DNA from: Basidiobolus meristosporus CBS 931.73
Lineage: Eukaryota; Fungi; Basidiobolomycota
Assembly (NCBI GenBank): GCA_002104905.1
Contig: MCFE01000506.1
Location: 1,221-65,220 of the forward strand
Direction of reading: 5' to 3'
Length of the DNA stretch: 64,000 bases
The position numbers and the translations under genes were made by a program. The notes under the pieces were generated by a model that saw only the letters and a program-made list of their open reading frames with translations, ran no database searches and was not told where the DNA came from. The first letter of the stretch is position 1. The number at the start of each line of letters is the position of its first letter. Below are positions 1 through 14,399 of the stretch, one piece after another.

Positions 1-2095
1 GAGATGGAAGAGCCTGAGTAGAAAACTGTAGCATGAGTTCTACATCAAGATGCCAGTGGATATATATATATAAGATATATAAAAAAGCAAGTATTGAAAT
101 CAAGAATGAGCTGAGAGTGAGGGGATTTGATGAGGAAACCTTGCTGGAACAATTTTGCGTGCAATTTGCACAGTACAGGTTAGACATGTCTGTTTGTGCA
201 TCAACTCTGGGAACCAAAGATATCCTGAACGAATTTTTGCCTCAAATGACTAATTTATTACATGATATATTAGTAGAGCAAAGTGGCTTCCAAGAGCAAT
301 ATACACAGGACTCATCCAGGCAACAGTTCCAAATTATCAGACAGTGGATAAGTGAATACCTTGAGGAATCAGAAGGTGAGATTCAAGAAGAAGAATACAG
401 ACCACAAGCAACAGCATCTAGGTTGTGCCAGCACTCTTTGCTGGACTCCTTACCATCCCTTGCAACCTCAGCGCACCCACACATGTCAGTTCAAACTATG
501 CCAACACCCTTCACAAGAGTGCCCCGCATCAACTCAATATGTGTGTGGTCAACAACATGCTTCAGAGCAAAACCACCAGAACTTGCCAAACTGCTCATAT
601 AGACACAAGTCCATTGGAGCAGGCCAAATTGCATCATCAAGCAGCATCACATCAAACTCAGCCAAAGGCCATTCCGGCACATCAAGTTGTGCCTGTGCAT
701 GCCATAATGCCTAACCATCTGTGAGTTTCTTCTGGTGAACTGACTGATGATGACCCACATGAAGTGCCTCCACCACTAGAGCCTTTGGCAAGTAAAAGAA
801 CGCCTCAGCATGTAACACTGCAGGCCAGTTCAGTAGTGTCATCCAGAGCAATTAAGCATGGCCAAGCTGCAGCATTGCACTCATCAACTAGGAGGCAAAA
901 TACTGATTATAAATACACAAGTAGCCAGGAGGATAGTCAACAAGGAAGTAGTTTAGGTGTCCCTATGAAAAATCTCAAGCTTGGAATTCATCTGATTTTT
1001 AGCTGGTACTCTGCTGGTATTCTAGTGGTACTTTGCTGGTATTCAGCTGGTGTTTTGTGTTCAATACTTCAAATGCAATCTTTGATGGAATTAATGTGCA
1101 GCTAATTACCAAATTTGGCATGGATGCTAGTTTGCCTAGTGTCCTCCTGAAGAACATGTTTGCTTGCCTGCACAGTAGCTCAGAAGAGAGATAATGAGAG
1201 TTGTCAATTTTAAGAAACTTGGAATTCAGCTGATTCTATGATGGTATTTTGCCGGCCTTTTCTCAATTTCTTCTCTTAGGGGTGCGCAAAACAAATCACT
1301 ACCAAATGCTACAGTAGTAATCCCTGTGAGAGAAAAATCTAGGAGAAGATGATGCAATTGCATTGAATTGCTACTACTTGTCATGATCCAAACAACACAT
1401 TTTTTTTGCAATCCAACTGAAGCAGCCGCAAATCAGTGATCACTAAATATTTGATGTAAGCAATATCAAGGTTGTCTCACATTTGAAACAGAGCCCCTAT
1501 AAATAAACACCCTGCATATATGCACATCATCTATCACACCAGTGCAGCCATTTGACCCATTTCACACCTGTTTCATCAGTTGCATGCTAGCTATGACACC
1601 TTGTCCAATCACTAGGATCAGGGATATACTTGCTTAGGGGGCAAAATGGTATATTTGATGGCAAATCAGGTAGCTTGTGTATTGGTCAAAGAGCCAATTG
1701 GGAGCTGACAGCTTCAGGATACTTTTGGACCAATTAACTGCTGAGATACCATCCAATCAGAGTGATAGAAACCAAAATGGTAAGTATCAGTGTAGTTTAT
1801 AGTATTATACTCATTTAATTCCATATACATTAAAGAAACATATCCAAATACCAGATTTTATTTACCATAATAGCGGTATCCAATCTCACATGTGATGCAA
1901 ACACTATGAGTTGGTGCAATCATCTGTGCCAACCTCATTGTGTCAGACTGCACCATAGTGTGCAAAATTGTCCCACATGGTGCAAAATTGTCCAAGAGCA
2001 ATCCTGCCTACTGGTAGCTATAATATTGCACCCAATTGTTCTTAGAGACCACGGATTGTGCCACATGCCCTGGCACAGTACAATAGAACCAATAT
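1..2095 (-). mobile_element. Partial copy of the PHIS (Pangu-like) DNA transposon: accessory ORF and one terminus; transposase side lies outside the window
   Basis: Reverse-complement homolog of 40554-42500. For example 33-130 matches 42380-42470, and 1870-2095 matches the terminus at 40554-40790. The terminus is degenerate here. Confidence 0.75.
33..602 (+). pseudogene. 5' part of the accessory (non-transposase) ORF of the PHIS-like element; continues degenerately to ~1500
   Basis: 189-aa ORF MSSTSRCQW...; the homologous reading frame starts at 42470 on the minus strand in the other copy. No domain recognised. Confidence 0.6.
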
Positions 2096-2778
2096 AATCA
2101 GTGGCAAGCTGGATTTGCTGATAGAGTACTTGTTTAACAAGAATCCATTGATTGCAAAGGCAAAGGCATGGTCATACATACCTTCAAAGTAGCGCTTGTG
2201 TCTTGGCTGTCTGTAATATTTGCTATCCAGTATTTTGGATATGCTTGCGCTTGGCTAATACTGAGTGTGGTACTTTATAGCATCACAATATTTGTTGGAC
2301 TGCATAAGCTTCTATGGATGGGGTATTACTGGAATATATCTGGAGTGTGAACAATGTTCTCCCCCAATGGTAGTGGAATCCTGACAAGTTGGACACCTTG
2401 CAATGGAGGTATTTTTTGATGAGAATGCCATGCAATTATAAACACATGCTGGTATCAGGATGGTCTCTGGGACATATGTTGCCAGCTGTACAACAGCTTT
2501 CCCTTTATACCTTGTACATGGTAAGTTGCATCCCCGGATTATTTTGGCATGAAGTAGCAGTAAACCCTCAAGCCTTCATTACTGATATTAGTGGAAACAT
2601 GCTACTTCTCTGGCCACAACATCACATCACTCACCAGTAGATGGATTACTGGGACTAACTTGACTGCATAAAGCATCCTTGGCATTTTTTTCTATGGGTG
2701 TTGTCTCACTGAATAATAGGGTTTTACCAGGCTCATGCAGGGTACTGTTGGTATGGAATATGGGCTCAGAATCCATCA
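2096..2778 (-). mobile_element. CACTA/CMC transposase fragment (N-terminal part)
   Basis: Reverse-complement homolog of ~50200-50780 and ~34640-35200. Ends in a junction with the foldback MITE at a CAG microhomology. Confidence 0.75.
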
Positions 2779-3374
2779 GCCCCTTTGTTTCACCCATTAT
2801 ACTGGAAAAAATTCATTTTTTGACCTTTTTTTTGGATCAATGTTGTGAAGGATGTGAAAGAGCACAAAAGGAATGAAGACATGCATCTGGTACTCAATAC
2901 CCATGGCACTCTGAATCTATCTACTGTGGCTAGTATCATGTTACAAAAATGCATGGCACTATCTTGGTTTGCTGGTATCATCTGGCACTAAAAATGCTTT
3001 GTATAGGTTTTACTTTGGGCTTATATTTAAGTACAGTGCCTGAGAATACCCAAGGACCAAGATAGTGCCATGTGTTTTTGTGACATAATAAAAGCCACAG
3101 GAGCTGGATTCAAAGTGCCATGGGTATTGAGTACCAGATGCATTTCTGCAGTCCTTCTGGGCTCTTACACATCATGCTCAACATTGATCCAAAAAAAAGG
3201 TCAAAAAATGTATTTTCTCCAGTACAATTGGTGATACACAAGGGCTGCTGTATGAAGATGAAGAGCTATGTTTACACTATGTGGCCAATTTTATGTCTGC
3301 TATGCCTTTGTGGCACACAATGGCAGTATTTGGCACTCATGGCTTTATGTGGCACTTTCCAATGGAACAAGTCT
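2779..3374. mobile_element. Left-truncated foldback MITE (AGACTTGTT family)
   Basis: Inverted arms around a loop at ~2990-3035. Right end GGAACAAGTCT is followed by ATT. Homologous to 37188-37920 and 48082-48814. Confidence 0.85.
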
Positions 3375-3389
3375 ATTGACTAGATGTAG

Positions 3390-6200
3390 GTGCTAGAGAC
3401 TTGGCAACTTGGGCGGTGGGTCAGTGGGAGACTTGAGGTGTTTCTTGATTGTTGTTGCTGTGGAGTTGATGGCTTGGCTGGTTTTGACTTTCTCAAGGAG
3501 TAAAGGAGCTATAATAATGGAGGACTGGGTTGCAAGGAGTTCAAAATGTCTTTTGTTGAGTACAGGGTTTTTCATTTGCCAACAGCCATCATCCCCTTCT
3601 TTAAGGGAATACTTCACCATTCTGGACAGGGCATCAACTTTTCCTTATTTCACACCTGGTTTATAGGTGATGACAAAGTCAAAGCTTGACAGGAAGAGGG
3701 ACCATCTAGCTTGTCTCTGGTTCAGTACTTTTGAGGTGGTAAAGTACTCCAGGTTCTTGTGGTCACAGAAGATCTTTATCTTTTGGGCTGCACCATCATG
3801 GCAGTGTCTCCATTTCTCAATGGCAACAACAATTGAAGGAGTTGCTTGTTGTAGCTATCATGGTTTACTTCAGCCAGAGTAAACTTTCAAGAGTAGAATG
3901 CAATAGGGTATAGCACATTCTTGTTGTCATACTGGGAAAGGAGAGCACCAAGGGTAAAGTTAGAGGCATTGGTTTCTATGATGAAAGCTCTCTCAAGATC
4001 AGGCAGTGCAAGCAGTGGGGCACACAAGAAGGATTTCTTGGTAGAATCAAAGGACTCAGACTGCTCCTTATTCCAGGCAAAGGGCAGATTTTTCTTGGGG
4101 AGCTTTGTCAAGGGAGTGACTATCTTGGAGTAGTTGGCAATGAATCTACAGTAGAAGTTGGTAAATCCAAGGAAGGATTGCACTTCTTTTACAGAACAGG
4201 GAGCTTTCCAGGATTGAATGGCTTCTACTTTCTTGGGTTGCATTCCTGTTCCATTTGAGCTTATAGGATAACCTAGGAACTCAACTTCTTTCTAGTCAAA
4301 CTCTCATTTTCCAGTTTGATATAGAGGCCAGTGGTGTCAAGCATTGTCAAGACTTTCTTCACATGGGAATTATGTTCTTCTTGAGTCTTGGAGTAGACCA
4401 AGATATCATTGAGGTAGATAACCACAAATTTGTTGGGGTACTCATGGAATATGTCATTCATCAGGTGTTCAAAGACAGCAGGGGCATTGGTGTGGCCAAA
4501 TGGCATAACTTTATACTCAAAGTGAACATATCTTGTTCTGAAGGCAGTTTTCTCTTCATCACTAGACTTCCTCCTGGCAAGGTTTTAAGCTCCTCTAAGA
4601 CCAATTTTAGTAAATACTTTGGCAGCAGAGATTTGATCCAACAGGGTGTTGATCTGGGGCAAAGGGTACCAGGTCTTGATTGTGATCTTGTTCAGTGCAT
4701 AGTACTCTACACACATTCTTAGGTTATCATCCTTTTTTTGACAAACAGGATTGGGGCACCAGCTGGGGACTTAGATTGCTGAATATGATCATTCTGGAGG
4801 TTTTCTTGGACATGACCATGGAGCTCTTTCAACTCAGGTTGCAAGTGGTTGTAGTTAGAGCCAAAAGGTGGGGTTTTTCCATCCTCAAGGTCAATGGGAC
4901 AATCCAAGGGTCTATGTGCTGAAAGTAGTTCTGCTTTCCTCTTATCAAAGACATGTGCAAACTCTTGATACTTAGCAGGTTTTCCATTGGAAGCAGTTCC
5001 TTAAGTGATGATTGGGTCCTAGGTCAAGGTTACTAAGCCATGAGCTTCCAAGGACTATGGGGTAGTGGGGAGAGTAGATGATGTTGAAGACTATTGTCTC
5101 ATGCTGACCAGTGCTGGACAGATGGAGTAGACGTGTCTGACAGGTAACGGTACTGGAGGAAAGGGATCTTTCATCAGTAACTTCTACTTGGTTGGGACAG
5201 GATTTTGGGATAGTGCAGATTTTGTGCTTCTGGACAAAGGACTGGTCAATAAAACAGGAGTAAGCACCAGAATCTATGAGGGTAAGGACATGGACAGTAC
5301 TGGATTCAGGAATATGGATGTTGCATGCATTCTTAAGGACTGGATGAACTTGGTAGTATATAATGTTTCCTGAATGTATTAAATTTCCATTGGAGTGTCC
5401 AGTTGCAAGCCTGTCATTGTAATTGGACACTGGAGCTTCCCAATAATTCTGGACAAGGCTGTTCACTAGATGATTGCAGGAGTTTGAAGCTGGACTTCTT
5501 GTTGGGACAAGACCTGGCAAAGTGGCCTGATTGGCCACAGTAAGGCAGAGGTTTGCAAGTTGATGTCTGGACCTTTTCTTGTTTTTAAGTTTCTTGTATT
5601 TGGCACTGTTAATTTGCATTGTATCATCAGGCTTAGTACTGGGTGTCTGGATTAGTAGGAAGGAGGTTGGCTGATAAGTATGTTGGAACTTTTGTTTCTT
5701 CTAGAGAAGACAACTGTCACATTGGATAGCTTGATGTATAGCTTCACCCAAGGTAGTTGGGTCAGGGAGTATGAGTAGTGGGTCACTGACTTCATCATTG
5801 AGTCCATCTTGAAACTGACTAACTAGGGCAGCATTGCCCCAGAGGCTCAAGTAACTAGCTAGTAGCCGGAATTCAGAAGCATAGGCAGATGCAGGTGTGT
5901 TTCCTTGCTTCAAGTTCTTGATCTTGTTAGCAGCAGTTCTGGCTTGGTCAATGTTACCAAATGTTAGCTCCATTTCTGTGAGAAAGGCATGGTAGTCACT
6001 GAGTAGAGGAGAGTTGGTTGCCACCAAAGAGGAGAGCCATTTCTGGACAGTTCCAGTCAGCAGGTTAAAGATATAACCCACTTCTGCTTGATCTGTTGGG
6101 AACTGATTGGGTTGTAGCAACAAGTGAGTTTAGTAAAACTTTCTAGAAGGAACTGGAATTTCTTCACTAACTTGATTTAGCTTGAGCATTGGAAACCAGG
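3390..6200 (-). mobile_element. Degenerate Ty3/gypsy gag-pol (Tf1/sushi-like)
   Basis: Gag (5701-6123, ASAYASEFRLL), protease LIDSGAYSCFID (~5250), RT pieces (PIDLEDGKTPPFG, MPFGHTNAP, YLNDILVYS), RNase H (IIETNASNFTLGALLSQ). Many stops and frameshifts. Confidence 0.85.
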
Positions 6201-8500
6201 GATGTCATGTGATCCTGACATGTAACAATTTGGCAATACCACACCTTATTGCCTGGTTTCCATTTTTGTCTTGTTGGTTTCTTGTTTTTAGGTGGAGGGC
6301 AACATTGTTTGTTAGCATTCTCAAATACTTTTTTGTATAGATGGGGAGTACAGTGTATCAGCCTTGCTGTATAGTTGTTATGTGCTATCAGGGGGACACC
6401 TTTCATCATCAATCCAGCTTCTTTGCAAAGCTTGGGTCTCTGTTCATATAGAATTTCATAAAGGGAGAAACCTGTTGATTTATTTGGTGTGGTACACATT
6501 GCTAGGAGTGCTGGTGGGAGTAGCTTGGCCCATGACTGGGGAAGTTCCCAGTGAAGCTTCTCTAGTATGCAGCAACATGACTGGTTCATCCTCTTGTCTA
6601 ATCTGTTAGTCTGGGGATGATATGTGACCATGAAAACCTGTTCCATGCCCTTCAATTTAGACAGGTGGGCCATAGTGTTGTTTAGGAAGCAACAACCATT
6701 GTTGGACAGAAGTATCTGAGGATATCCATGCTTGCAGATGAGGTGTTCTAGTATGAACTGGGTGGATGTTGTCTGATCTTTCTTTTGGAGAACTAGGGCT
6801 TCTACCCAACTTGAGATATAATTGCTACCAACAATTATGTATTGTTCTCCTTTCTTTTCTTCATAAAGGAGCCAACAAAGTCAATCCCTACTTGGTGGAC
6901 AGGTAGGTTGACCATTATTGGTGCTGTTGTCCCTATTTTCTGACTCTGATTAAATCTTTTTCAAGTGGTGCATCTTTATATTACATTTGTAATGTTGGTA
7001 ATAGTTTTTTGTAATAAGATGCCTTTCTTAACATCTTATATGTCATTGGGGGTAAGTGTGCCCTAATGACATATGTCTTTCATGTATTATCTCCTTGCAG
7101 GCAGTTAATGGGGATACCTTGGCTCTGAACTGTTCTTGGAGGAACAACAGTTGATTTTCTTGTACTTTGTACTAACACCATTTCCTTCAAAATTCTCTCT
7201 TCTGTTTGTTTGTCAAAATATGTTGAGATACTCCCCTTTACTTTAAAGCAGATCACATCCTTGTAATTATCACTAATGCATATTTGGCAGATGGGATAGT
7301 AACTGTGGAAGTCTGCATCCTGGTGCCACTTGCCAGTATAGCAAATTATTTCAAAGTTGTATTCCTGTAGTCAGAGTTATTGGGTAGTTGTGTGTGTGGT
7401 TGTTTAGTAAATGGCTCATTTAACCAATCAAGTGAAATTTGCTGGGCTGGTGGTACTGTCCCAGTATGGTACCAATACTAGTAAGGCTTCCATCACAGTC
7501 AATAAAAGATTACCCATCCCAATTGGGAAAACATGATGCTGGGGTGACATCAGGGAATGTTTCAGCTGATTGAATGCTCCCTTTTGAGGCTCTAACCACA
7601 TAAAACACTGGCCTTTCTGCATTAATTTGTACAGGGGGGCTGCCATTGTCACAAAGCTTTTGACAAAGTGGCAATTGTACCTGGTGAGTCCTAGGAACCC
7701 AGACACTACAATGATATTCTTTGGTGCAGGTGTATCTTGAACATCCTTCAGTAGTAAAGTAGATGAGTGTATCCCATCTACCAAGATCTTGTGGCCCAGA
7801 AACAGCAGTTTTGAATTCTGGAAGTGACACTGCTTGGGGTGTAGTTTGAGTTGGTTTGTGAGGAGGGCTGTCAGGATGCAGTGCACATTATGTATATGTT
7901 CTTCTACATCTGGGGAATATACTGTGATGTTGTCTAGATACACAAGAGCTCATTCCTATCGTAAATTTCCTAGTACCTTATCAATCATCCTTTGCAACAT
8001 AGCAGGGGCATTGAACACGCCAAAGGGTGGTTGTTTCCATTTGTATAATCCAGAAAATGTTAGGAAAGTGGTTTTGGGGCAATATTCTGGGGCTACTTCT
8101 ACTTGTCAATGCCCAGAGATTCATTCAAGAGAGCTAGAATATATAGCTCTGACTAATCTGTCCTAGAGGTTGCTTATTTGAAGTAGTGGATACATGTCAT
8201 TCCACATGACAGCGTTGACTTTTAGTAGTCAATGCAAAAATGTTGCTCTCAGTCCTTATTTGGGACTAACACCATGGGGGAGGCCCGCAGAGAGTGGCTC
8301 TCTGCAATGATATTGTCTTTTAATAAAGTTTCAATTGTCTCTTTCATAAATTCTATATTATTTTTGAGTTCCTATGGGCTTTTTACTTGATGATGTATTT
8401 TTGGGCAAGGTGGATTTGATGCTATACCCCAGGAATATGGCCAATTGCAAGGTTCTCAGTGAATATTCAAGCAAAAGGGCGCATCTCTTCTAGTAAGTTG
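6201..8500 (-). mobile_element. Second degenerate Ty3/gypsy pol remnant (RT-RNase H-integrase)
   Basis: RT motif YLDNITVYS (7428-7943). Integrase C-terminal motifs YHPQTN and TTPNKSTGFSLYEILY (6167-6673). Confidence 0.75.
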
Positions 8501-8719
8501 CTGAAAAGTTAAAGTATATATCCTTCCCAGCTGACCTAAGGCAAGATATTAACTGTGTTTGCTGACTGGACTGCCCAGTATGGTAAAGGATGCTCACACC
8601 TCACTACTTGCCCTGTATAGGGCTTTGGATTCATTATCATTGTCTAAAGGTGGTGAGCAGCATTGTGGCAGTATCAAGTGGAACAATATGTCTACTTACC
8701 ACCTGCTCATAGAAGCTAG

Positions 8720-11105
8720 CCTTATGAGAAATCATTGTGATGATCCCATTGAAAGGCCCTCACAAGTTCTAAGTCTGGTGACTAAGAGATGCTGATCCCA
8801 TCAAGACACCATACAAGGACCGTCAAAAAATAATTGTACCCCAGATATCAAAAAAACTTGGTCAATATTTCTCATCACAACAATACAAAAGTGGCTTTTG
8901 ATTAGTTCTCTGCCAGTTTTTTCACTTTCTGATCCCAGACACTTTTTGACCTCCTACATTTGTGTGCATTGATTGGCTATTGCCTCTTTTTATGCCTAAA
9001 AATTGATTTATTTCTGTTGAAACATCAGTTATACCTCAATTGCCAATTGCATGGACTTATGCAAGTACCTAAACCCTACACCTGTTGTAAAAATTTGTAT
9101 TTCCACTTAAATATTCACCTTACTTAGTCAGTTAGATCATTACCTTCATATCCTATAGAATACTGACCAAATTCCTTGTTTAGTTTACTTAGAATATTTG
9201 CACCAACATACCAGGTACCCAGAACATTAAAATTCTCAAAGTTGTCCAAACAGCCCCAAACTGTGCACACATGTTCTTGGGACCTTTCTTAACCAATTCT
9301 AAGTGTTTGTTATGCCAAGACCAGATAAAAGTATAAATACTACTCTTACATTCAATAAATCATTAAGTGAAAAACCACATAATCTACCTGTTCTCCCAAT
9401 CACCTCCAATATCTCCAAGACTCTTACAACAACACCAACATTGAGCTCAACCCCACATTCAACAAGTAACCCCACTTAAATTCACCATTCAATAAGTATT
9501 ACTGCTCTATTGCTATGTTTCCATTACTTTAGCAGGAACCCTATGGCTTTATGCCACTGTTCATTCACTGATTGCCATATATCCTGGTCTTCAGCCAGCA
9601 ATGCAAGGTCTAGCTCTTTATCTGCCAATGTTTGCAATAAGACCTTGTAATATTCAAGTGCGTTTTGTTGGGTACTGCCCTTGAAGAAGTGCTACAACCT
9701 TTTGGTTTGCCTATAGGTGTTATAAATTCCACCATTGGCATTGTGATGACATTTTTAGTTCTTGACACAGTTACTTTGTCTAACAATAGGATCTCCACTC
9801 TGTAAACCATGGGGACATGGAGGCTATAGTAGACAAATTGTCTTTCACTGCAAATTCATCTACCTGACCAGAGTGTTCATCAACTGGCTGTGCTTCCAAT
9901 TTGTGTGAAAAAAGCTGTTTTCTTGTTGGTAATTCTTCTTGGCTATGATGGGATTCAGCTTGTTCTAGACTTAAGGCATTAATTGGCAAGAACTGCAGCT
10001 TTTTCTCACCCTTCCCTGTGTCTGGCTTGGGTAGACTTTTTCCCCTTTATCTTCTCCTTTATCACTGCCAGGTCTGTCATTGCTATTTTGTCTGAGTGCT
10101 TCTTGTATTGAGCTATGCTATCTCTGTCAAATAATGCTGCTCTGATGCATCTGTTTTGGTTTGTTAGTCCCTTGCTGGCAATCTGCAGGCAACCTGACAC
10201 TTCTTTCCTGCTTGTTTCAAGGTCTCAGCCCATGCTCTGATGGGATCCTGAGGTAGCCGCTTGTTTCCATCATCACTAGGTTCTTTACTGCCACTTTTAC
10301 CAAGCCCTTCTTGATTAGAACTAAGCTTCTTTCTTGGTAAATGTTGTGCTAGTGCATCCATGCCTGCCAGCATTTGCCTTATTGGCACTCTTTCAGCTAC
10401 CTGCTTCCTCTTTGATGCTTGCTTAGAGCTTTTGGCCCTGCTTGTAACAGGCACTTGAGGAAGCTGCTGGTTTTTAGCCACTGCACCATTGTTCTGATGC
10501 CTTTGATAGTTTCTGCTTTTCTCAAGATACTTGCTTAGCATATCAATGTTGGCCCAAATCTGCTTGCTAGTCTAAATCCAGGATAATGCTGATGGTACAA
10601 GTCAAGCACATTCTATTTAGACTTGAGTTCCTGATGGTCCCATGGGATGCTGGCCTTAAGGTGCTAGCATGCAAGACTTTTAATGGCCTTTTGAATATTA
10701 GCCCACTCATTATTATTGCACTCAATGGCATCATGAATCTACAATGTCTTCTAATTCTTAGGCTTTGGAATGATTACCACATTTTTTCCCTCCCATGCTG
10801 TAATAGGTTTTCTGTGGGCTTTGCTTTTAAGCACTGTTGTTGTGCTTCAGAGACTGTACAGTGTTCCACTGTTGTTACATTAGGAATTGGCTCAATTCTT
10901 TGCTGTGACATTGAACTACTTGAATTCCTTCTTTGCAGCAAAGATACTAACATCTCTACCTGAGATATTGATTACTTGTCACATATTATCTGCTCATCCT
11001 TTTTCAGGACTATTTCCTGATTTCTCTGGGCCATTGCATCTATCCTATCAGCCACCACATCTATTTGTCTTGTTAATGCTTCCATATGACCTGACAACAT
11101 ACCTG
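8720..11105 (-). mobile_element. CACTA/CMC fragment: left terminus plus 3' part of ORF1
   Basis: Starts CCTTATGAGAAATCATTGTGATGATCC (degenerate left TIR/subterminal). Colinear with 46528-49340. Truncated at ~11105 against a copia LTR. Confidence 0.8.
9083..9431 (+). mobile_element. Solo LTR, copia family B (349 bp)
   Basis: TGTTGTAA...TTACAACA termini, TATAAATA and AATAAA inside, perfect 5-bp TSD ACACC (9078-9082 and 9432-9436). The empty site is seen in sister CACTA copies. Confidence 0.93.
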
Positions 11106-13330
11106 CTAATACAGGAGCATTCTGTAGCAGTGTAGTACATAATGTTTGGTAAAAAGTGTTGATTTGATCTTCACTATAGGGGAATAATCATAGAATCATA
11201 GATGTGAAGAAACTTGCAAAGTTGGGGCTGCAAATAAGTCCTATATTGACCAAGACTAGTCTAGAACTGTAAAGTAAATTTATAGCTGCTGAATGATACC
11301 AAATAGTCCAATATTTCAACACTTCCCCTCAACTCAATACTTTCTTAATCCTAATTCCTCTCTGAGATTGCCAAATTGTGGTCTAGCTAGTAGTTTTGTC
11401 ATTATATCTGCCAACATTTTGTCAGCTTGACCGTAAACCAACTCTACTAAGCTGTTTTCCACAGCTCCCCTTGCAAAGTGGTGTTGTATATCTATGTGGT
11501 TGGTTCTGGCATGATAAGTAGGACTCCTAGCAAATAAAATACATCTTTGATCATCTTTGTAATTACTGGTTGGTTCATCTGAACTAATGCCTAAGTCTTT
11601 GAATAACTTCTGTAGCAAAATAGTATCCTTAGTTGCTTGGGAAGCAGCCATGTATTCAGCTTCAGTTGTAGATAGGGCCACAGTTGATTGTTTCTTGCAA
11701 TTCCAAGTAATAGATGCACTAGCATAAAGAAATACCTATCCAGTGGTAGAGCTTCTGTCAATCAGATCTCTACCCCAATCTTAATCACTATAACCATCAA
11801 ATATTTGCTTATTAGCTGCTCCAGAGTATTCCTGTACCATATTTATAGTATCTTGTAGATATCTGAAAATCTGCTTAACTACTGTGATTTGATCTGATCC
11901 ATAACTTTGCATGAGTTGACTGACTATTCTAGCTGCCACTGTAACATCGGAGCATGTAGACACCATCAAGTACATCAGGCTACCAACTCATGATTGATAT
12001 GGAAGGTTTGGTCCATATGAGCCATTTTCACCTAAAACTGGCTGAGATTTGCTCAATGTTAGATTATTGTCTGTAGGGGTGGCTGCAGGCTTGCAATTTT
12101 GCATATTGAGGCATCTAAGAGTATCCCTGATGTACTTGGACCAATTCAGCACAATCTTTTGCGTAGCTATGTTAAAATTCACCTCAATTCCACAAAAATA
12201 GCTCAATTTTCAAAGATCTTTCAACTCAATCTTGCTGAAGAGACCTCATTTTGTCCGTTTAGGTGCCTCCTGGTCCCTTGTAGCTATTATTTGGTTGTCC
12301 ACATAAAGAACTAGGATGATGGTATTCTTTTTGAGCAGTTTCACATGAATAGTGTGATCTGCATTGTGACAAATAAACCCAATACAGCAATTTCCTGAGT
12401 CTGCTCACCTTATGGGGGCCTTTGGATTGGTAAACCTTCTAGTTGCTCCATGTATATAGTTTCTTGCAATTCCTCATTGAGATGGGCTGCTTTGATGTTC
12501 ATTTGGTGTAGATCCAGATTGTGAGCAGCTGCCAGGGCTAGAACTGTCCAGAAGGAGTTAAACTTGGCAACTGGAGCAAATGTTTGCTTAAAGTCTAGTC
12601 CCTTGATCTGGGAATAGCCTTTGGCCACCAATCAGCCTTGTATTTATCACCAGCACCATTTAAGATTATGATGATCTTGTAGACCCATCTCCATCCTATT
12701 GGCTTTCTTCCATTTGGTGAATCTACAAGTTCCCACAATTTGCTTTGATCAGTGATTGGTATTCCTCCTGCATGGCTTGTTGCCACATTGTAGCATCTGG
12801 ACTTTGCATTGCCTGTTCCAGATTCTGAGGCTTAGCACATAAGGCAAGCTAAGCTTCTTCATGATCATTGGATGTCTGCCACCAGGATTCAGGGGCATTT
12901 CTTATTCTGGCAGATCTCCTAACTGGGATAATCTGCTCTAATCTGGAGCTGGTAGAATTGTCTTCCATATCTGGCTGAATTTGGTACATATCTTCTTCAT
13001 TAGTGTGGATTGCGTAATCAGGCAGCTGGCCAATGATTTCTGTGGCTTTCTGATGAGCATTCTCCTCAAATACAACATCCCTACTCTTGATCAGCTTCTG
13101 AATTATGCCATTATATACTTTATACCCTTTAGTATCATTACAATACCCAAGAAAGATCCCTTTTCTACTCTTTGGTTCCAGCTTTTAGCATTTTTGGTCA
13201 GGGATGTGATACAAGCCACTGCTGCCAAAGATCATGAGGTGCTGGAGGTATGATTTTTTGCCTCTATATGCTTCAAAGAGTGTAGATTTACGTAGTGCTG
13301 ATGTGGGCATCTAATCTTGATGTATATCAT
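11105..13330 (-). mobile_element. Degenerate 3' half of copia family A (integrase end, RT, RNase H, PPT, partial 3' LTR)
   Basis: Reverse-complement homolog of 21950-24230 ([33 protein letters not shown]), with an internal deletion near 12400. Confidence 0.88.
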
Positions 13331-13379
13331 GGTAGAAACAGGTTCAGCCCTAAACCTGTAGTCCATTCACTTGTTACAA

Positions 13380-14360
13380 GTCTTGGTATAAGAGTTGTAC
13401 AGGAATAGGGAGTGTAGCTAGTATTGTATTCACCAAAACGTAAACAATTACGTGGCAGATCATAACATTCTCCCCTACTAAAGTTGAGTGAGTTCTCCTA
13501 AATCTCTTTTCTTGTGATACAAATATCTTGATGGTTCAGTAGTATCAGTAAGTCTTGGAAGCTTGAGTCTGTCCCTATGCACTAAGTCTTCCTGGATATT
13601 GCCTTGTTTGTTCACTAGTTGGTAAGTTGCATATGGACATTTTCTGATGATCTTGAATGGTCCTGTTCATTGTGGGTCAAACTTCTTCCAAGTGTTGTTT
13701 CTTAGTAATACAAAGTTCCCAAGTATCAATGCTTCTGGTGCTATAGTCTTATCAAATATCTGCTTCATCATTTCTGCACTTTGAGATACTTTGGTCTGTG
13801 CCTCTTGGCATCTTTGTTCCAGTTGATGGTGTCTACTTGGCTGACTGAGCTCATCTTCTAAGGTGTCTGTAAGCTTTGGTTGTGTGAGATCTCCTAGAAT
13901 CCTTAGTTCACATCCATACACTAAATAAAATGACAATTGTTGGATAGTGTTGTGTACTCTGACTCTGCCTGCAAAGAGTGCTTGGTCTATATACTCATCC
14001 CATTCACTGACAACTCCATCCACATACTTGGTCAGCATTTTTCCAAATAATCCATTGAACCGTTCAGTTACTCCATTAGTTCTGGGGAGATATGCCAAGG
14101 TTTTCAAGTGTTTGATCTGCTGCATTTCCTGGCAAGCTTCCAATGTCTTTGCCATAAAGTTTGCACCTCTATTGGATAAAATCTTTACAGAGCATCCAAA
14201 CTTCATAAGGATCTCATGGTAGATGAAACTTGCAACTTCTTGTTCACTGGCTATAGGTACAGCTTTAGCAACTGGCCATTTAGTGTCATGGTCAATTTCC
14301 ACCAGGATCCAATGGTTGCATTTCCTGGTAGTTGGTTTTGAATTCTCATTTAACAACACA
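13380..14360 (-). mobile_element. Fragment of gypsy family A (integrase C-terminus, PPT, start of 3' LTR)
   Basis: ORF 13667-14359 is nearly identical in protein to the C-terminus of 25828-29385. AGTAGGGGAGAA-TGTTATGATCTGCC lies on the minus strand at ~13455-13480. Confidence 0.88.
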
Positions 14361-14399
14361 TCCCTGAACTTGATTAACTTTCTTGCTGTGGTATTTCAG